Assembly: GCA_035526025.1 (NCBI GenBank)
Contig: DATLDE010000011.1
Coordinates: 49,374 to 113,373, forward strand
Reading direction: 5' to 3'
Length of the DNA: 64,000 bases
Source: Candidatus Limnocylindrales bacterium
Lineage (GTDB): Bacteria; Patescibacteriota; Microgenomatia; Levybacterales; UBA12049
Position numbers and translations under genes: made by a program. A model generated the notes under the pieces. That model was given only the letters and a program-made list of their open reading frames with translations. It had not been told where the DNA came from and did no database searches. Below, one piece after another: positions 8,810-17,870 of the stretch. Numbering within the stretch: position 1 is the first letter of the stretch; each line of letters opens with the position of its first letter.

Positions 8810-9376
8810 ATGAGAAAGTTATTACTTGCCTCAATCCTCCTGGCAATCACTCCGCTTGCCATGATCCTTGGCCTCGTCGTCTTCTTAAATAGCTATAGCC
8901 AGACAGCCCAACCAATCACATACCGCGAAACCGTCGCGTACGCAGCGCTCCCATCTGATCAAAACATTATTTCAGGGAATATAATTGAAAGTCAGAACGG
9001 CAAAGCTGAAAAAATCAGACAATTTTTAGCTCGATACAATTCACCACTTGAGCCTTATTCAGTTGACATTGTAAATGCAGCAGAAGAGTATGGCCTTGAT
9101 CATAGGTTAATTCCGGCAATTGCCATGCAGGAGTCTACACTTTGTAAAAAAATACCCGTAAATTCTTTTAATTGTTGGGGATTTGGGATTTATGGAACCA
9201 AGGTAACAAGATTTGCTGACTTTAAAGAGGGTATTTATACCGTAACAAGGGCACTTGCTACAAGATATAAGAAAAGAGGACTTGTAACAGCCGATCAAAT
9301 AATGACTATGTACACCCCAAGTAGTAATGGTAGTTGGGCAAGAGGTGTAAATACAGTCCTCAATCAGCTTCAGTAA
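8810..9376 (+). CDS. Exported lysozyme-like / glucosaminidase-like cell wall hydrolase
   Basis: N-terminal TM; SPL....IV.AA..YGLD.RLIPAIA.QEST, NCWGFG, Y.P..W. Confidence 0.7.
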   Translation: MRKLLLASILLAITPLAMILGLVVFLNSYSQTAQPITYRETVAYAALPSDQNIISGNIIESQNGKAEKIRQFLARYNSPLEPYSVDIVNAAEEYGLDHRLIPAIAMQESTLCKKIPVNSFNCWGFGIYGTKVTRFADFKEGIYTVTRALATRYKKRGLVTADQIMTMYTPSSNGSWARGVNTVLNQLQ

Positions 9377-9402
9377 ATCGATCACATCTTATAGTTTGGT
9401 AC

Positions 9403-9484
9403 TTGACAAACCTATAGTTATATGATATTATCCCTTCCAGATCCTAAGGCAAGTGCCCAAAACACTTGCGTTAGGATTTTTTTT
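9403..9484 (+). promoter_or_regulatory. Sigma70 promoter followed immediately by a terminator-like hairpin
   Basis: TTGACA(9403)-17-TATTAT with TG extension; ATCCTAAGGCAAGTG/CACTTGCGTTAGGAT stem plus T-run. Confidence 0.6.
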
Positions 9485-9551
9485 AATAAAAATTAAATAG
9501 CATCTCTATTCTCACCAATACCAATCTTACAAGATTTTTCCAATACTTATT

Positions 9552-10100
9552 ATGAAAAAAATTTTATTTTTAATACTTTGCGCTTTATTTTTTCAGAATG
9601 CAGACCCTACTTTTGCCAAAACACCTATTGCACGATCATCTGCAAAATTAGTTGTATCTAATAGCTTACCTAAGAAGGATAGGCGTGCTGAAATACTTGA
9701 ACAATTCCTTATTGAGCGAGGGTCTCCACTTGCGCCGCATGCTCAGACATTTATAGACGAGGCTGATAAAAATAAGATTGACTGGAAGCTAGTCGTTGCC
9801 ATTTCAGGCAACGAATCTCAATTTGGTCTTCTGATCCCACCATATTCCAATAATGGATGGGGTTATGGAGTTTATGGGAACAATGTCAGAAATTTTGCGT
9901 CATGGGATGAGGGAATTGTAGTTGTATCAAAAGCATTGAGAAAAGACTATTTGGATATGTGGGGCGCAACAAATATTTATGAAATAGGAGCTATTTACGC
10001 AGAAGATCCGTTATGGGCAAATAAAGTAAGCTACTATTTAACACTCATTGAAGAATACGATTCGGAACCTTCGAACACTTCTATTTCAATTTCTCTATAA
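9552..10100 (+). CDS. Exported lysozyme-like cell wall hydrolase, paralog of 8810-9376
   Basis: Signal peptide; SPLAPHA..FI.EAD...IDWKLVVAISGNESQFG, NGWGYG, YA.DP.W. Confidence 0.7.
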   Translation: MKKILFLILCALFFQNADPTFAKTPIARSSAKLVVSNSLPKKDRRAEILEQFLIERGSPLAPHAQTFIDEADKNKIDWKLVVAISGNESQFGLLIPPYSNNGWGYGVYGNNVRNFASWDEGIVVVSKALRKDYLDMWGATNIYEIGAIYAEDPLWANKVSYYLTLIEEYDSEPSNTSISISL

Positions 10101-10105
10101 ATATT

Positions 10106-11827
10106 CTATAATAATATTGTCTTTTCGTGGTTCCAGTCAAAATGCGTAGCATTTTGATAGAGGAGCAACCGACGAAAAGCCGCAATCCGAATGCAATGAG
10201 GATAAAGGCTGCAGTCGAGTTGTGACGAGCGGACGTGGTGAAATGGTAGACACGCAAGTTTTAGGAACTTGTGCTCAAAAGGCTTGGAGGTTCGAGTCCT
10301 CTCGTCCGCACACAACAGTACAGTCTCATCCTTAAACCCTCGAATAGCCTGATATAACGGGCTAATCTTATGATTCAATGTACCATTATAGCTCCAAGCT
10401 AATCCTTCAGGGAACATTGAACCAAGCAGTACCTTAGCCTGACTTTGATTTGATCTTTTGTAAGCTTCCCCAAGATCTGCTAAGAGTGTCTTTATAAAAG
10501 ACGTAACTTTATCAATATTGTAATTCTCCATCGTTGCGTCATCTTTACTGATCAAAACTTGAGTAATTTGGTTTTCAATAGTTGCGTTTTGCTCCTTAAA
10601 GATTTCATCAGAATATACACCTGAAAGGTTTTTCTCAACTAACTGTTTTCTAAGAGCTTTAAGCCTCACTATCTCATCATCAGCATTATTTTTAATCTTA
10701 AGTAGCCTTGAATATCTTGCATGGTATGTCTTGTAAAGACAGGTTATGAAAAGATTAAGGCATTCTGTTTTGGGAGTAACTTCTTTGAGTAAATTTATCA
10801 GGACATTATCAAGATCATTTGTTTTAATTGATTTACTATTGCAGGGTTTACCACAGCGGTAATATTGATATTTAATGTGTCGCCCCTTACTCCATGCACC
10901 AGTTAAGCCAAATCCGCATTTTGAACACTTTATAATCCGTCTTAGCGGAAAATCAGGGTTAATGTGATTCCTTTTGGCTAAAGCCACTTTATTTGGGTTC
11001 CGACCGTCCAGAATGGCCTGTACCTTATAGAATTGCTCCTCTGTGATCATTGGTACATATTGTCCTTTTACTTCCTCATTGTATGTGTTTGAGGACAGAA
11101 TTCCCATATAAAACTTATTTCTAAAAAGTTCATTTACTCTCTGGCGAAGCAGGGGATACTCTTTTTGTTTACGCATATGCCTCAAGCCCCAGTCATTCAT
11201 AATTTCAGCCATCTCAGAAAGGCTCTTAGTGCCTGTCGCCATAAGATCCCATGCTTTTCTCATACTATCCCAAGCTTTTGGATCTTTTACCGCATAACCT
11301 GTCTGAACCATATAACCAAGAGGCACAGAGCCTGTAACGATCATTCCTGACAAAAACCGTGCTCTAAGCCCATTTCGTGACCTTTCTGAGCGGATATCAT
11401 TATCAAGTTGTGCAAAGCCAGCAAGAATTGTCTCAACCAGCTTTTCTGTTGGACTTTCTCCAGTTGGCTCGGAAATTGAAACAACATTTGCTCCGTATTC
11501 AGCAAGTTTTTTCCTTATACTTAAATAATCAGCAGTTATTCTTGAAATCCTATCTATTCTATAGACAAATACAGCTTGAACCCTATTCTTGTTTTTCCGG
11601 CAATACTCAAGTAGATTAATCAGAACAGGTCTTCCGGTTATGTTTTTAGCAGAACGCCCCTCTTCTCTAAATATTTCAATCACGTCATAGCCTCTTTTCT
11701 CCGCTTCTTTTCTGCACATACCCTCTTGGGTATCCAGGGAGAAGTTATCAACCTGCTCCTCAGTTGATACCCGAATGTAGATTACTGCTCTTTTCCCATC
11801 AGCATAAATTGCTTTTTGCGGTCTCAT
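10106..11827 (-). CDS. Large serine recombinase; last 66 codons are read-through antisense to tRNA-Leu and its leader
   Basis: YIRVST catalytic Ser, R.DRISR, recombinase domain PLGY..N.FY.G, zinc ribbon C..CG..L.G...YYRC, coiled coil. Confidence 0.95.
   Translation of the reverse strand: MRPQKAIYADGKRAVIYIRVSTEEQVDNFSLDTQEGMCRKEAEKRGYDVIEIFREEGRSAKNITGRPVLINLLEYCRKNKNRVQAVFVYRIDRISRITADYLSIRKKLAEYGANVVSISEPTGESPTEKLVETILAGFAQLDNDIRSERSRNGLRARFLSGMIVTGSVPLGYMVQTGYAVKDPKAWDSMRKAWDLMATGTKSLSEMAEIMNDWGLRHMRKQKEYPLLRQRVNELFRNKFYMGILSSNTYNEEVKGQYVPMITEEQFYKVQAILDGRNPNKVALAKRNHINPDFPLRRIIKCSKCGFGLTGAWSKGRHIKYQYYRCGKPCNSKSIKTNDLDNVLINLLKEVTPKTECLNLFITCLYKTYHARYSRLLKIKNNADDEIVRLKALRKQLVEKNLSGVYSDEIFKEQNATIENQITQVLISKDDATMENYNIDKVTSFIKTLLADLGEAYKRSNQSQAKVLLGSMFPEGLAWSYNGTLNHKISPLYQAIRGFKDETVLLCADERTRTSKPFEHKFLKLACLPFHHVRSSQLDCSLYPHCIRIAAFRRLLLYQNATHFDWNHEKTILL
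10229..10310 (+). tRNA. tRNA-Leu(TAG), integration target
   Basis: GCGGACG...CGTCCGC-A, anticodon arm CAAGT-TTTAGGA-ACTTG, GTTCGAGTC. Confidence 0.95.
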
Positions 11828-12213
11828 AGGCCTCCTTTCTCATGAAGCAACTCATTTAAAGTTTTTCCTTCAAATATTTCTCGCTCAAAATCATCAAGCC
11901 AACTTTCAGCTAGGAATTGGACTTTTGTTACCGTATCTTTTAACTCATTTTCGCTAAATTGAGTAGCCATAGGACCTAACGCCTTTTTTGCCTCTTGAAT
12001 AATTTTTCCGTCATATTCTTGCTCCGGGAATAAATCATCCAAGGATTGTTTAAGTGATTGAGAAATTGGCTTGGGCGCAGAGACAGGTAGGGATTCATCT
12101 AAAACTTGTGCTAAAGGAGTAATTATCTTTTCTTGAGAAAGTGGCAACTGTTGAACTGCTGCATTCATATTTGGTCTATCAACATTGTCAATTTTCAAAG
12201 CTAAACTAGTCAT
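11824..12213 (-). CDS. Hypothetical protein coupled to the recombinase (candidate directionality/accessory factor)
   Basis: ATGA overlap with recombinase start; own TTGACA promoter near 12246-12251; function inferred only from position. Confidence 0.6.
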   Translation of the reverse strand: MTSLALKIDNVDRPNMNAAVQQLPLSQEKIITPLAQVLDESLPVSAPKPISQSLKQSLDDLFPEQEYDGKIIQEAKKALGPMATQFSENELKDTVTKVQFLAESWLDDFEREIFEGKTLNELLHEKGGL

Positions 12214-12454
12214 ATATGATTAGTATATAACTATATATGCCTAGTTGTCAATCGCCAAATTATTTGCTCTTATTAAGAGCTTTTAAGTGCTTTTACAATG
12301 CTTCTTTTAGGGGTCTTACCCCTCTAATGCAAGGGTAAAATGCACTCCTCATTCTTCGTCGCCCTTGCATTATTCACCCTGCTTATGACTTTCAGTCAGG
12401 TAGTCGGGCATGGGCATGCCCGACAAAAACAATTATGAGAAAGGAGGTGAGAAT

Positions 12455-12790
12455 ATGGAATTATTAACAGTAGAGCTTAAAGAGAAACTTCCAGCTCTTT
12501 ATGCTCAAGAGAAAGAGAGAGATCCATTGGTGTATATTAAATTCTTTGATCCAACCGGATCATGGACATGGTATGCAACTGAAGGTGAGGAGGCAGATGA
12601 TGACTTTCTTTTCTTTGGGTATGTTGTAGGACACGATTCAGAGCTTGGGTATTTTACTCTTAGCCAGCTGAGGAGTGCTAAAAAAGGCGTGAGCGGTATT
12701 TTGAGCTTACCAATAGAACGTGATCTATATTTCAAGCCATGCAGGCTTTCTGAGGTAAAAGGATTAAATCAGTCCATGTGTAAGTTTTAG
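12455..12790 (+). CDS. DUF2958 domain protein
   Basis: KFF.P.G.WTWY.TE, FFG.V.G...ELGYF.L..L, IERDLYF; strong SD AAGGAGGTGA before ATG 12455. Confidence 0.85.
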   Translation: MELLTVELKEKLPALYAQEKERDPLVYIKFFDPTGSWTWYATEGEEADDDFLFFGYVVGHDSELGYFTLSQLRSAKKGVSGILSLPIERDLYFKPCRLSEVKGLNQSMCKF

Positions 12791-12793
12791 TGA

Positions 12794-12823
12794 TAGTGGG
12801 GTGCTGACAAAGTGCCCCACTAT
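12794..12823. terminator. Hairpin between convergent genes
   Basis: ATAGTGGGGTGCT...AGTGCCCCACTAT inverted repeat. Confidence 0.6.
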
Positions 12824-12837
12824 TCTAATATGCTAGA

Positions 12838-13629
12838 TTATTTTATACTTTCCCAAATACTTCCAGTTACGCCATTTGCTATTACATCCTCAGCTGTTGC
12901 GAACATGATTGATAACTCATCAGTGTTATCTTCCTCAAGTATTCTTTTAGTATAGCGTTTTGCATAAATCATCCTTTCCTTTGTTCCTCCGACAAAAAAT
13001 ATCATGGGAAAAGGTGAATTTATGTGGTTTTCCCACTCATTACTGTAGTAAAAATCTTTGTATGCGCGTATTCGTTTTCGTATTCTGTAATATGGAAGTT
13101 TCTCATCAAAAATAGTCAGTAGGAAGTATTGTATTTTTTTGCCCTTTTCTTTTTTAGAAAAACATATATCAACCGACAGATCAGAGTTTTTTAAAAATTT
13201 AAAGTCACTATCTTCATTACAGATATCGCTTTCGGTTGAATATGTGCGAGTTACGGTATCATTGTTTTTCCTCTCAAGCTCGCAGCAAATTCTAGAGATA
13301 AGTAAACAGTGTTGAATAAAGCTATCAGAGCGGGTCTTATCCCAGTAGAGTTTATGAATAAAATTTGTGTCATATTTTCCTTTTGCTTTTATATATCTTA
13401 TCCCGTTATTATCCAATGTATAGATTGCCGATATTCTGTTTTTCCCAATGATCGTATTGTCATATATTCTTTTGATGTATTTCTTCTCTGTTAGGTCTTT
13501 TAACCAGTTATTTATTCTTGCCTCGTCTTTGTGATTGAGGAGGGATTGGATATGTTGTCTGTTGAGGAATCTGTATCGTGGAATTAGTGTTGTTATTTCT
13601 TGTTGTTTGTTAGTTATGTTAGGTATCAT
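12838..13629 (-). CDS. Replication-relaxation (Replic_Relax) family protein
   Basis: N-terminal wHTH (RFL...HIQ.LL...L..L....YI.R...Y.L...G), H...I motif, D...; Y..FY.S.EW...FP tail; adjacent to a coupling-type ATPase. Confidence 0.65.
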   Translation of the reverse strand: MIPNITNKQQEITTLIPRYRFLNRQHIQSLLNHKDEARINNWLKDLTEKKYIKRIYDNTIIGKNRISAIYTLDNNGIRYIKAKGKYDTNFIHKLYWDKTRSDSFIQHCLLISRICCELERKNNDTVTRTYSTESDICNEDSDFKFLKNSDLSVDICFSKKEKGKKIQYFLLTIFDEKLPYYRIRKRIRAYKDFYYSNEWENHINSPFPMIFFVGGTKERMIYAKRYTKRILEEDNTDELSIMFATAEDVIANGVTGSIWESIK

Positions 13630-13788
13630 TATGTTTGTTTTTTTTGTATATATTTATTTTTTACTTTTATTATTTATGCCATGCCCAACCGTATTAATAT
13701 ACTCCGTTATTTTTAAGGGTAGGTGTCACAATTCTATTGCATATTAGCTTCAAATTAGCTTAAAAATTGTCGTTAACATCAACGACAA

Positions 13789-16548
13789 TTAAATATATTG
13801 TTGTTTTATAGTTTTTATTCCTTTTTTAACCCCGTTTGTTTTTACTGTGAGCTTACTTGCTTCTAGCAATTGCTTATCTTTTTTTTCAGAGTCTGTTTTC
13901 TTTGTGTTTCCTTTTGTAGGTACTGCTTTGAACAATTTTTCCAGTTGCTTTTCAACATCTGCTTTTGGAGTCGCATAGTGTGCCCTTGAATTCTCAATAA
14001 TCTTTTTTGCTGTTTTGTCACTCCCTTGTTCTGTTACGGGTAACGTAACGCCTGAAAATGCATCTTCTGAATGCTCATTGGTCACTTTCATATAGAAGTG
14101 GTGTGGCGCAAGATTAACTATTGCCCCTTTTTCTACTTCCGGCTCAAGGAAGGGTAGAAGGATTTTTTCATCATCAGGTCCGTTTTTAAGAGCAATTAAG
14201 TTTCCACTATTACTTAAAACTATCTTTGATAATTTTGGATCTTCAATTTGGGCAATATTTTGATGAGACGGCGTGAAGTAAACATGATACTTTCTTGCTT
14301 CTGAAAAAAGATCAGTAAAATGCGCACTTGCAAAGTTTTGAAATTCATCGATATAAACATAGAAATGAGATCTATCTTTTTCCGGTATTGCGGCTCTGGC
14401 ATATACAGCCAGTTGGATAAGGGAAAGTATTAGCGTGCCAAAGAACGCACTCCGCTCTTCTCCAAGCTTCCCTTTTGAGAGATTTACCAGAAGAATTTTA
14501 CCCTTATCCATTATTGCTGAAATGTTAATTGTTGTATTTTTCTGAAGTAAGATATTTCTTGACAATTTATCTGTCATAAATTCACCCAGTTTGTTGGTCA
14601 AGGGGGAGGCAGCATCTGCCTGCTGAATTTTGCCATATGAGCTATACTCTTTTTCCCAGAATTGCTTTAATACAGGATCAGTAAGAGTTTGAGTAACAGT
14701 TCTTCTATAGTCCTTATCAGTTAACAGTTTTTGAATTGCCATTAAAGAAATGTATGGAGTCTCAGGAGTCGGAGTATGTACCTGGAGTGCAGTAAGCGTG
14801 GCATTTCTGAGGATATGCTCCATTTTCTGACCCCAATGCTTCTCTGGTGTTATTTTCATAAATACAGCCATTAATGACCTGGCAATGAAACCATGCTCCT
14901 CATCAATATCTGAGAATTTTATATCTGGGGAGAGTATATTAAGTCCCAATGGAAAATCTTTATCAGAAGGATTAATTAGGACTACATCTTTCAATCTGTG
15001 TTTGGGGATAAGAGTCAGTAAATGCTCAATCAAATCCCCATGAGGATCAAGAATTGCAATCCCTTTCCCATTTTGAATGTCTTGTAGTGCCATACCTTCA
15101 ATAATGGTTGTTTTACCCATACCTGTTTTACCGACAATGTACGTGTGCTCCTTTTTATTCTTATCAGTTAACCCTACTTCAGTTTTTTCTCCACCATAAT
15201 TATTTGTACCAACTACAACGTCAAACTGCGTTGCTGTTTTTTTAAATGAATGAGGAGCAGGTAGTTCCTTACTTTTGCTTTTAACCATATCCTCAGTTTT
15301 GGTTGTTTGAGTGTAAGGCAAGTGATAGATGCTTGAGAGTTCTGTAACTGATAAGAAAATTGTATGGGAAAAAGAAAGGAGCCTGTTACCAAGTTGGTAG
15401 ACAGAAAAGAGTAAAATATATTGTTTTATTCTTTTAGGAATGAATGATGAAAAAACTGTGTGACGCGGAATAATTGCCTGATACTGGGCATTATCAAATG
15501 TTGAAAGTGTTGCCTGGAACCCCCTTATCCTCTCCCTAACAATATTCGAGTTATTTCCAATAACAAGAAGTCGCATGCTTGTTTCAAACACAGGAAGTTG
15601 TAACTTATCCTGTACCTGCTGAAACAATACTTGTTGAGTAGCTGTTGGGGTAAAGACTTTCTTGGGCTTTGCCTCATAATTATTACGTGGAGCTGGTTGG
15701 TTACTGCTACTTCTCAGTGCAATATCAGCAAAAAAACCAATAATTCCAACTAATAACCCAAGAGTCCAATAAATTAATTTACTAATTACATTAATTGGAA
15801 AAACAATGACTGAAAGCAATCTATTCTTTTGAATAATTGGTGAAATATCCTTATTGTGCCAGAGGTGATTTAGTAGCTTATCTGCCTCCTGTGTTTTTGC
15901 CCTATTACTTGCCTTGTCCATAGGAGAAAGGATTAATTGCAGGGAAATAAGCTCCTGTGGTGCAAGCTTTGTCATATTGCCTGTTAGGTATGCAATTGGA
16001 TCATGCTCTCTTAGTTTTGTTTGATCTGTTAGAGGGATAGCGAAGTGGTTTACTAAACGGAATGTTATTAACCGTATAGCTTTACTTGCTGTGAGAAAAT
16101 TTCTTATGCCTTCAAATGATCGCGGAAGATAATCAGCTACCTCCTCTATCTCAACACTTGGTAAGTATGAAAGAAGTGTTTTTCGTATAACTGGGGCATC
16201 AGATTTAGCTGTGTGAATAAGATAACGGATTCCTTCTTCTTTGGTTGCAACAAGCTCAACACTGATTGTTGTTTTGTCATGTATAAATCTTTGCCAGAAT
16301 GTTTTTCCTTTGATTAGCGAATGGAGTTGGGTAAATAACTGCTCTGTAGCATAGGAACTCTGGAGTGTTTGCTTGATTGGTTTAATTGAAAGAACAACAT
16401 GTGGGGTATTGAGTTTCCTTTTTAGCAGTAAATACCTGGAGAGGAGATAAACTATGAGCAAAGTAAATGCTACGCATGAGAGTAATATTAAGTACGCTGG
16501 AAGAACTGCCAGAAATGATATATATTGTGTTGGCATATGCAATATCAA
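13789..16548 (-). CDS. VirD4/TraD-like coupling protein (FtsK-HerA superfamily ATPase)
   Basis: HTYIVGKTGMGKT Walker A, LDPHGDL, YIDEFQNF Walker B, EARKY; N-terminal TMs. Confidence 0.88.
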   Translation of the reverse strand: MILHMPTQYISFLAVLPAYLILLSCVAFTLLIVYLLSRYLLLKRKLNTPHVVLSIKPIKQTLQSSYATEQLFTQLHSLIKGKTFWQRFIHDKTTISVELVATKEEGIRYLIHTAKSDAPVIRKTLLSYLPSVEIEEVADYLPRSFEGIRNFLTASKAIRLITFRLVNHFAIPLTDQTKLREHDPIAYLTGNMTKLAPQELISLQLILSPMDKASNRAKTQEADKLLNHLWHNKDISPIIQKNRLLSVIVFPINVISKLIYWTLGLLVGIIGFFADIALRSSSNQPAPRNNYEAKPKKVFTPTATQQVLFQQVQDKLQLPVFETSMRLLVIGNNSNIVRERIRGFQATLSTFDNAQYQAIIPRHTVFSSFIPKRIKQYILLFSVYQLGNRLLSFSHTIFLSVTELSSIYHLPYTQTTKTEDMVKSKSKELPAPHSFKKTATQFDVVVGTNNYGGEKTEVGLTDKNKKEHTYIVGKTGMGKTTIIEGMALQDIQNGKGIAILDPHGDLIEHLLTLIPKHRLKDVVLINPSDKDFPLGLNILSPDIKFSDIDEEHGFIARSLMAVFMKITPEKHWGQKMEHILRNATLTALQVHTPTPETPYISLMAIQKLLTDKDYRRTVTQTLTDPVLKQFWEKEYSSYGKIQQADAASPLTNKLGEFMTDKLSRNILLQKNTTINISAIMDKGKILLVNLSKGKLGEERSAFFGTLILSLIQLAVYARAAIPEKDRSHFYVYIDEFQNFASAHFTDLFSEARKYHVYFTPSHQNIAQIEDPKLSKIVLSNSGNLIALKNGPDDEKILLPFLEPEVEKGAIVNLAPHHFYMKVTNEHSEDAFSGVTLPVTEQGSDKTAKKIIENSRAHYATPKADVEKQLEKLFKAVPTKGNTKKTDSEKKDKQLLEASKLTVKTNGVKKGIKTIKQQYI

Positions 16549-16719
16549 TAATTTTGAGGCAGTAGTCTAAAGCGGACAGAGGTTTTAGATGAAGCTGATG
16601 ATATCAGAAAAGGTTATTTAAGTACAGATGTCATACAATACCCAATAACCTGCTAAGAGACTTTTTTAATACTTGAAGTTTTAGAGCATGATGGGAAAAA
16701 AGACCAAAGCATCTTGGTT

Positions 16720-17655
16720 TTAAGCAGCAATCTTGTCATAGTAAAATAACTTTCCTCTTACGTCGTCAAAGCAGCGTTTCGAAGTTAGAGCTGATGGTAT
16801 ACCATTTGCATGCCCAGCTTGTTGATAAGCTTGCCATTCTTCAGGATCAAATCTGTCAACATATTCACTGGCATCTCTAGCAATAAAATAAACTGGTATC
16901 CCCGCAGCTAAAGCTGTAGTTCCTTTTAAAAATTCACGCCTATCCTTTAATGGTTCTTCTTTCTTGTTTATATAAGACACTGCAGCAATTTCAGCTGCTG
17001 CAGCTGCTGCTACGTATGGAGCTGTAGCTAAAGTTAATTTTTTCATACCGTATAATGCGGTTACAGCATTTCTAGTGTTTTCACCTCGTCTCCCACCTTG
17101 CACTACGTGATATAGCTCATGAAAAACTACTCCATTTAGTGCAGAATTCCAATGCGGAAGAATGTCTGGGGCTATTTCTAAAACTATTGGATCTTCAGGA
17201 TACATAGGGTGACGTACTGTGCCTGAAAATCCGCTATGTCCATCTCCGTTACCCCTATCTTCTTTACGCATTTGATTTATTTCTAGTCCGTATTTTTTAA
17301 CGTATGCAGATACTCTGTCTACCTCAGAGACTCCTCCGTCAAGATAGGATAAGTAAGTTAGGGCACGAGACATAGTATCCAAATTGACTGCGGGTTGGCT
17401 TGGACTTCCATCTGATCCTCCACCTATTACTATAACAGTGTCAAACTTTCCAGCTTTCATGTATTTTTTTATTTCCTCTGCCTTGGGCTTTAGAAGTTCA
17501 GCAGTTTGTGGAGATATATCATAATCAGGACCAAATGTTCGGTTTTCATAGGCTTTACTTCCCAGGACCCCCCCCAATACAGTAGCAACTCCCGCTTTTG
17601 CACCTAAACGTAAGAATCTTCTTCTGCCTATGCTTACAGGATCTCTTTCCGCCAT
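16720..17655 (-). CDS. Hypothetical membrane protein with HExxH motif (putative zinc metallopeptidase)
   Basis: VFHELYHVVQ, downstream EE.QAY; RRRFL and RREFL motifs each precede a hydrophobic stretch. Confidence 0.55.
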   Translation of the reverse strand: MAERDPVSIGRRRFLRLGAKAGVATVLGGVLGSKAYENRTFGPDYDISPQTAELLKPKAEEIKKYMKAGKFDTVIVIGGGSDGSPSQPAVNLDTMSRALTYLSYLDGGVSEVDRVSAYVKKYGLEINQMRKEDRGNGDGHSGFSGTVRHPMYPEDPIVLEIAPDILPHWNSALNGVVFHELYHVVQGGRRGENTRNAVTALYGMKKLTLATAPYVAAAAAAEIAAVSYINKKEEPLKDRREFLKGTTALAAGIPVYFIARDASEYVDRFDPEEWQAYQQAGHANGIPSALTSKRCFDDVRGKLFYYDKIAA

Positions 17656-17870
17656 AATGCGGATTATATACCGTTCTAGGATAAATTTCTACACTATTTT
17701 GAGCAGGTTAATTCCCCACTAGAGAAAAAATATATCTAAGTCCATTTCTACAAAACTTAAAAATTTTTACATTAAACACTGTCATATTCAAAAATACATG
17801 AAAAAGTAAATAATTTTATTTTCCTATAGTACTTGTTTTTGCCATTTCAGGCTGCTAAAATAGGCAAATC

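Noticed and set aside
8595-8892. ORFs 8595-8846 (-) and 8668-8892 (+)
   Set aside because: They overlap tRNA-Leu(CAG) and its promoter; spurious
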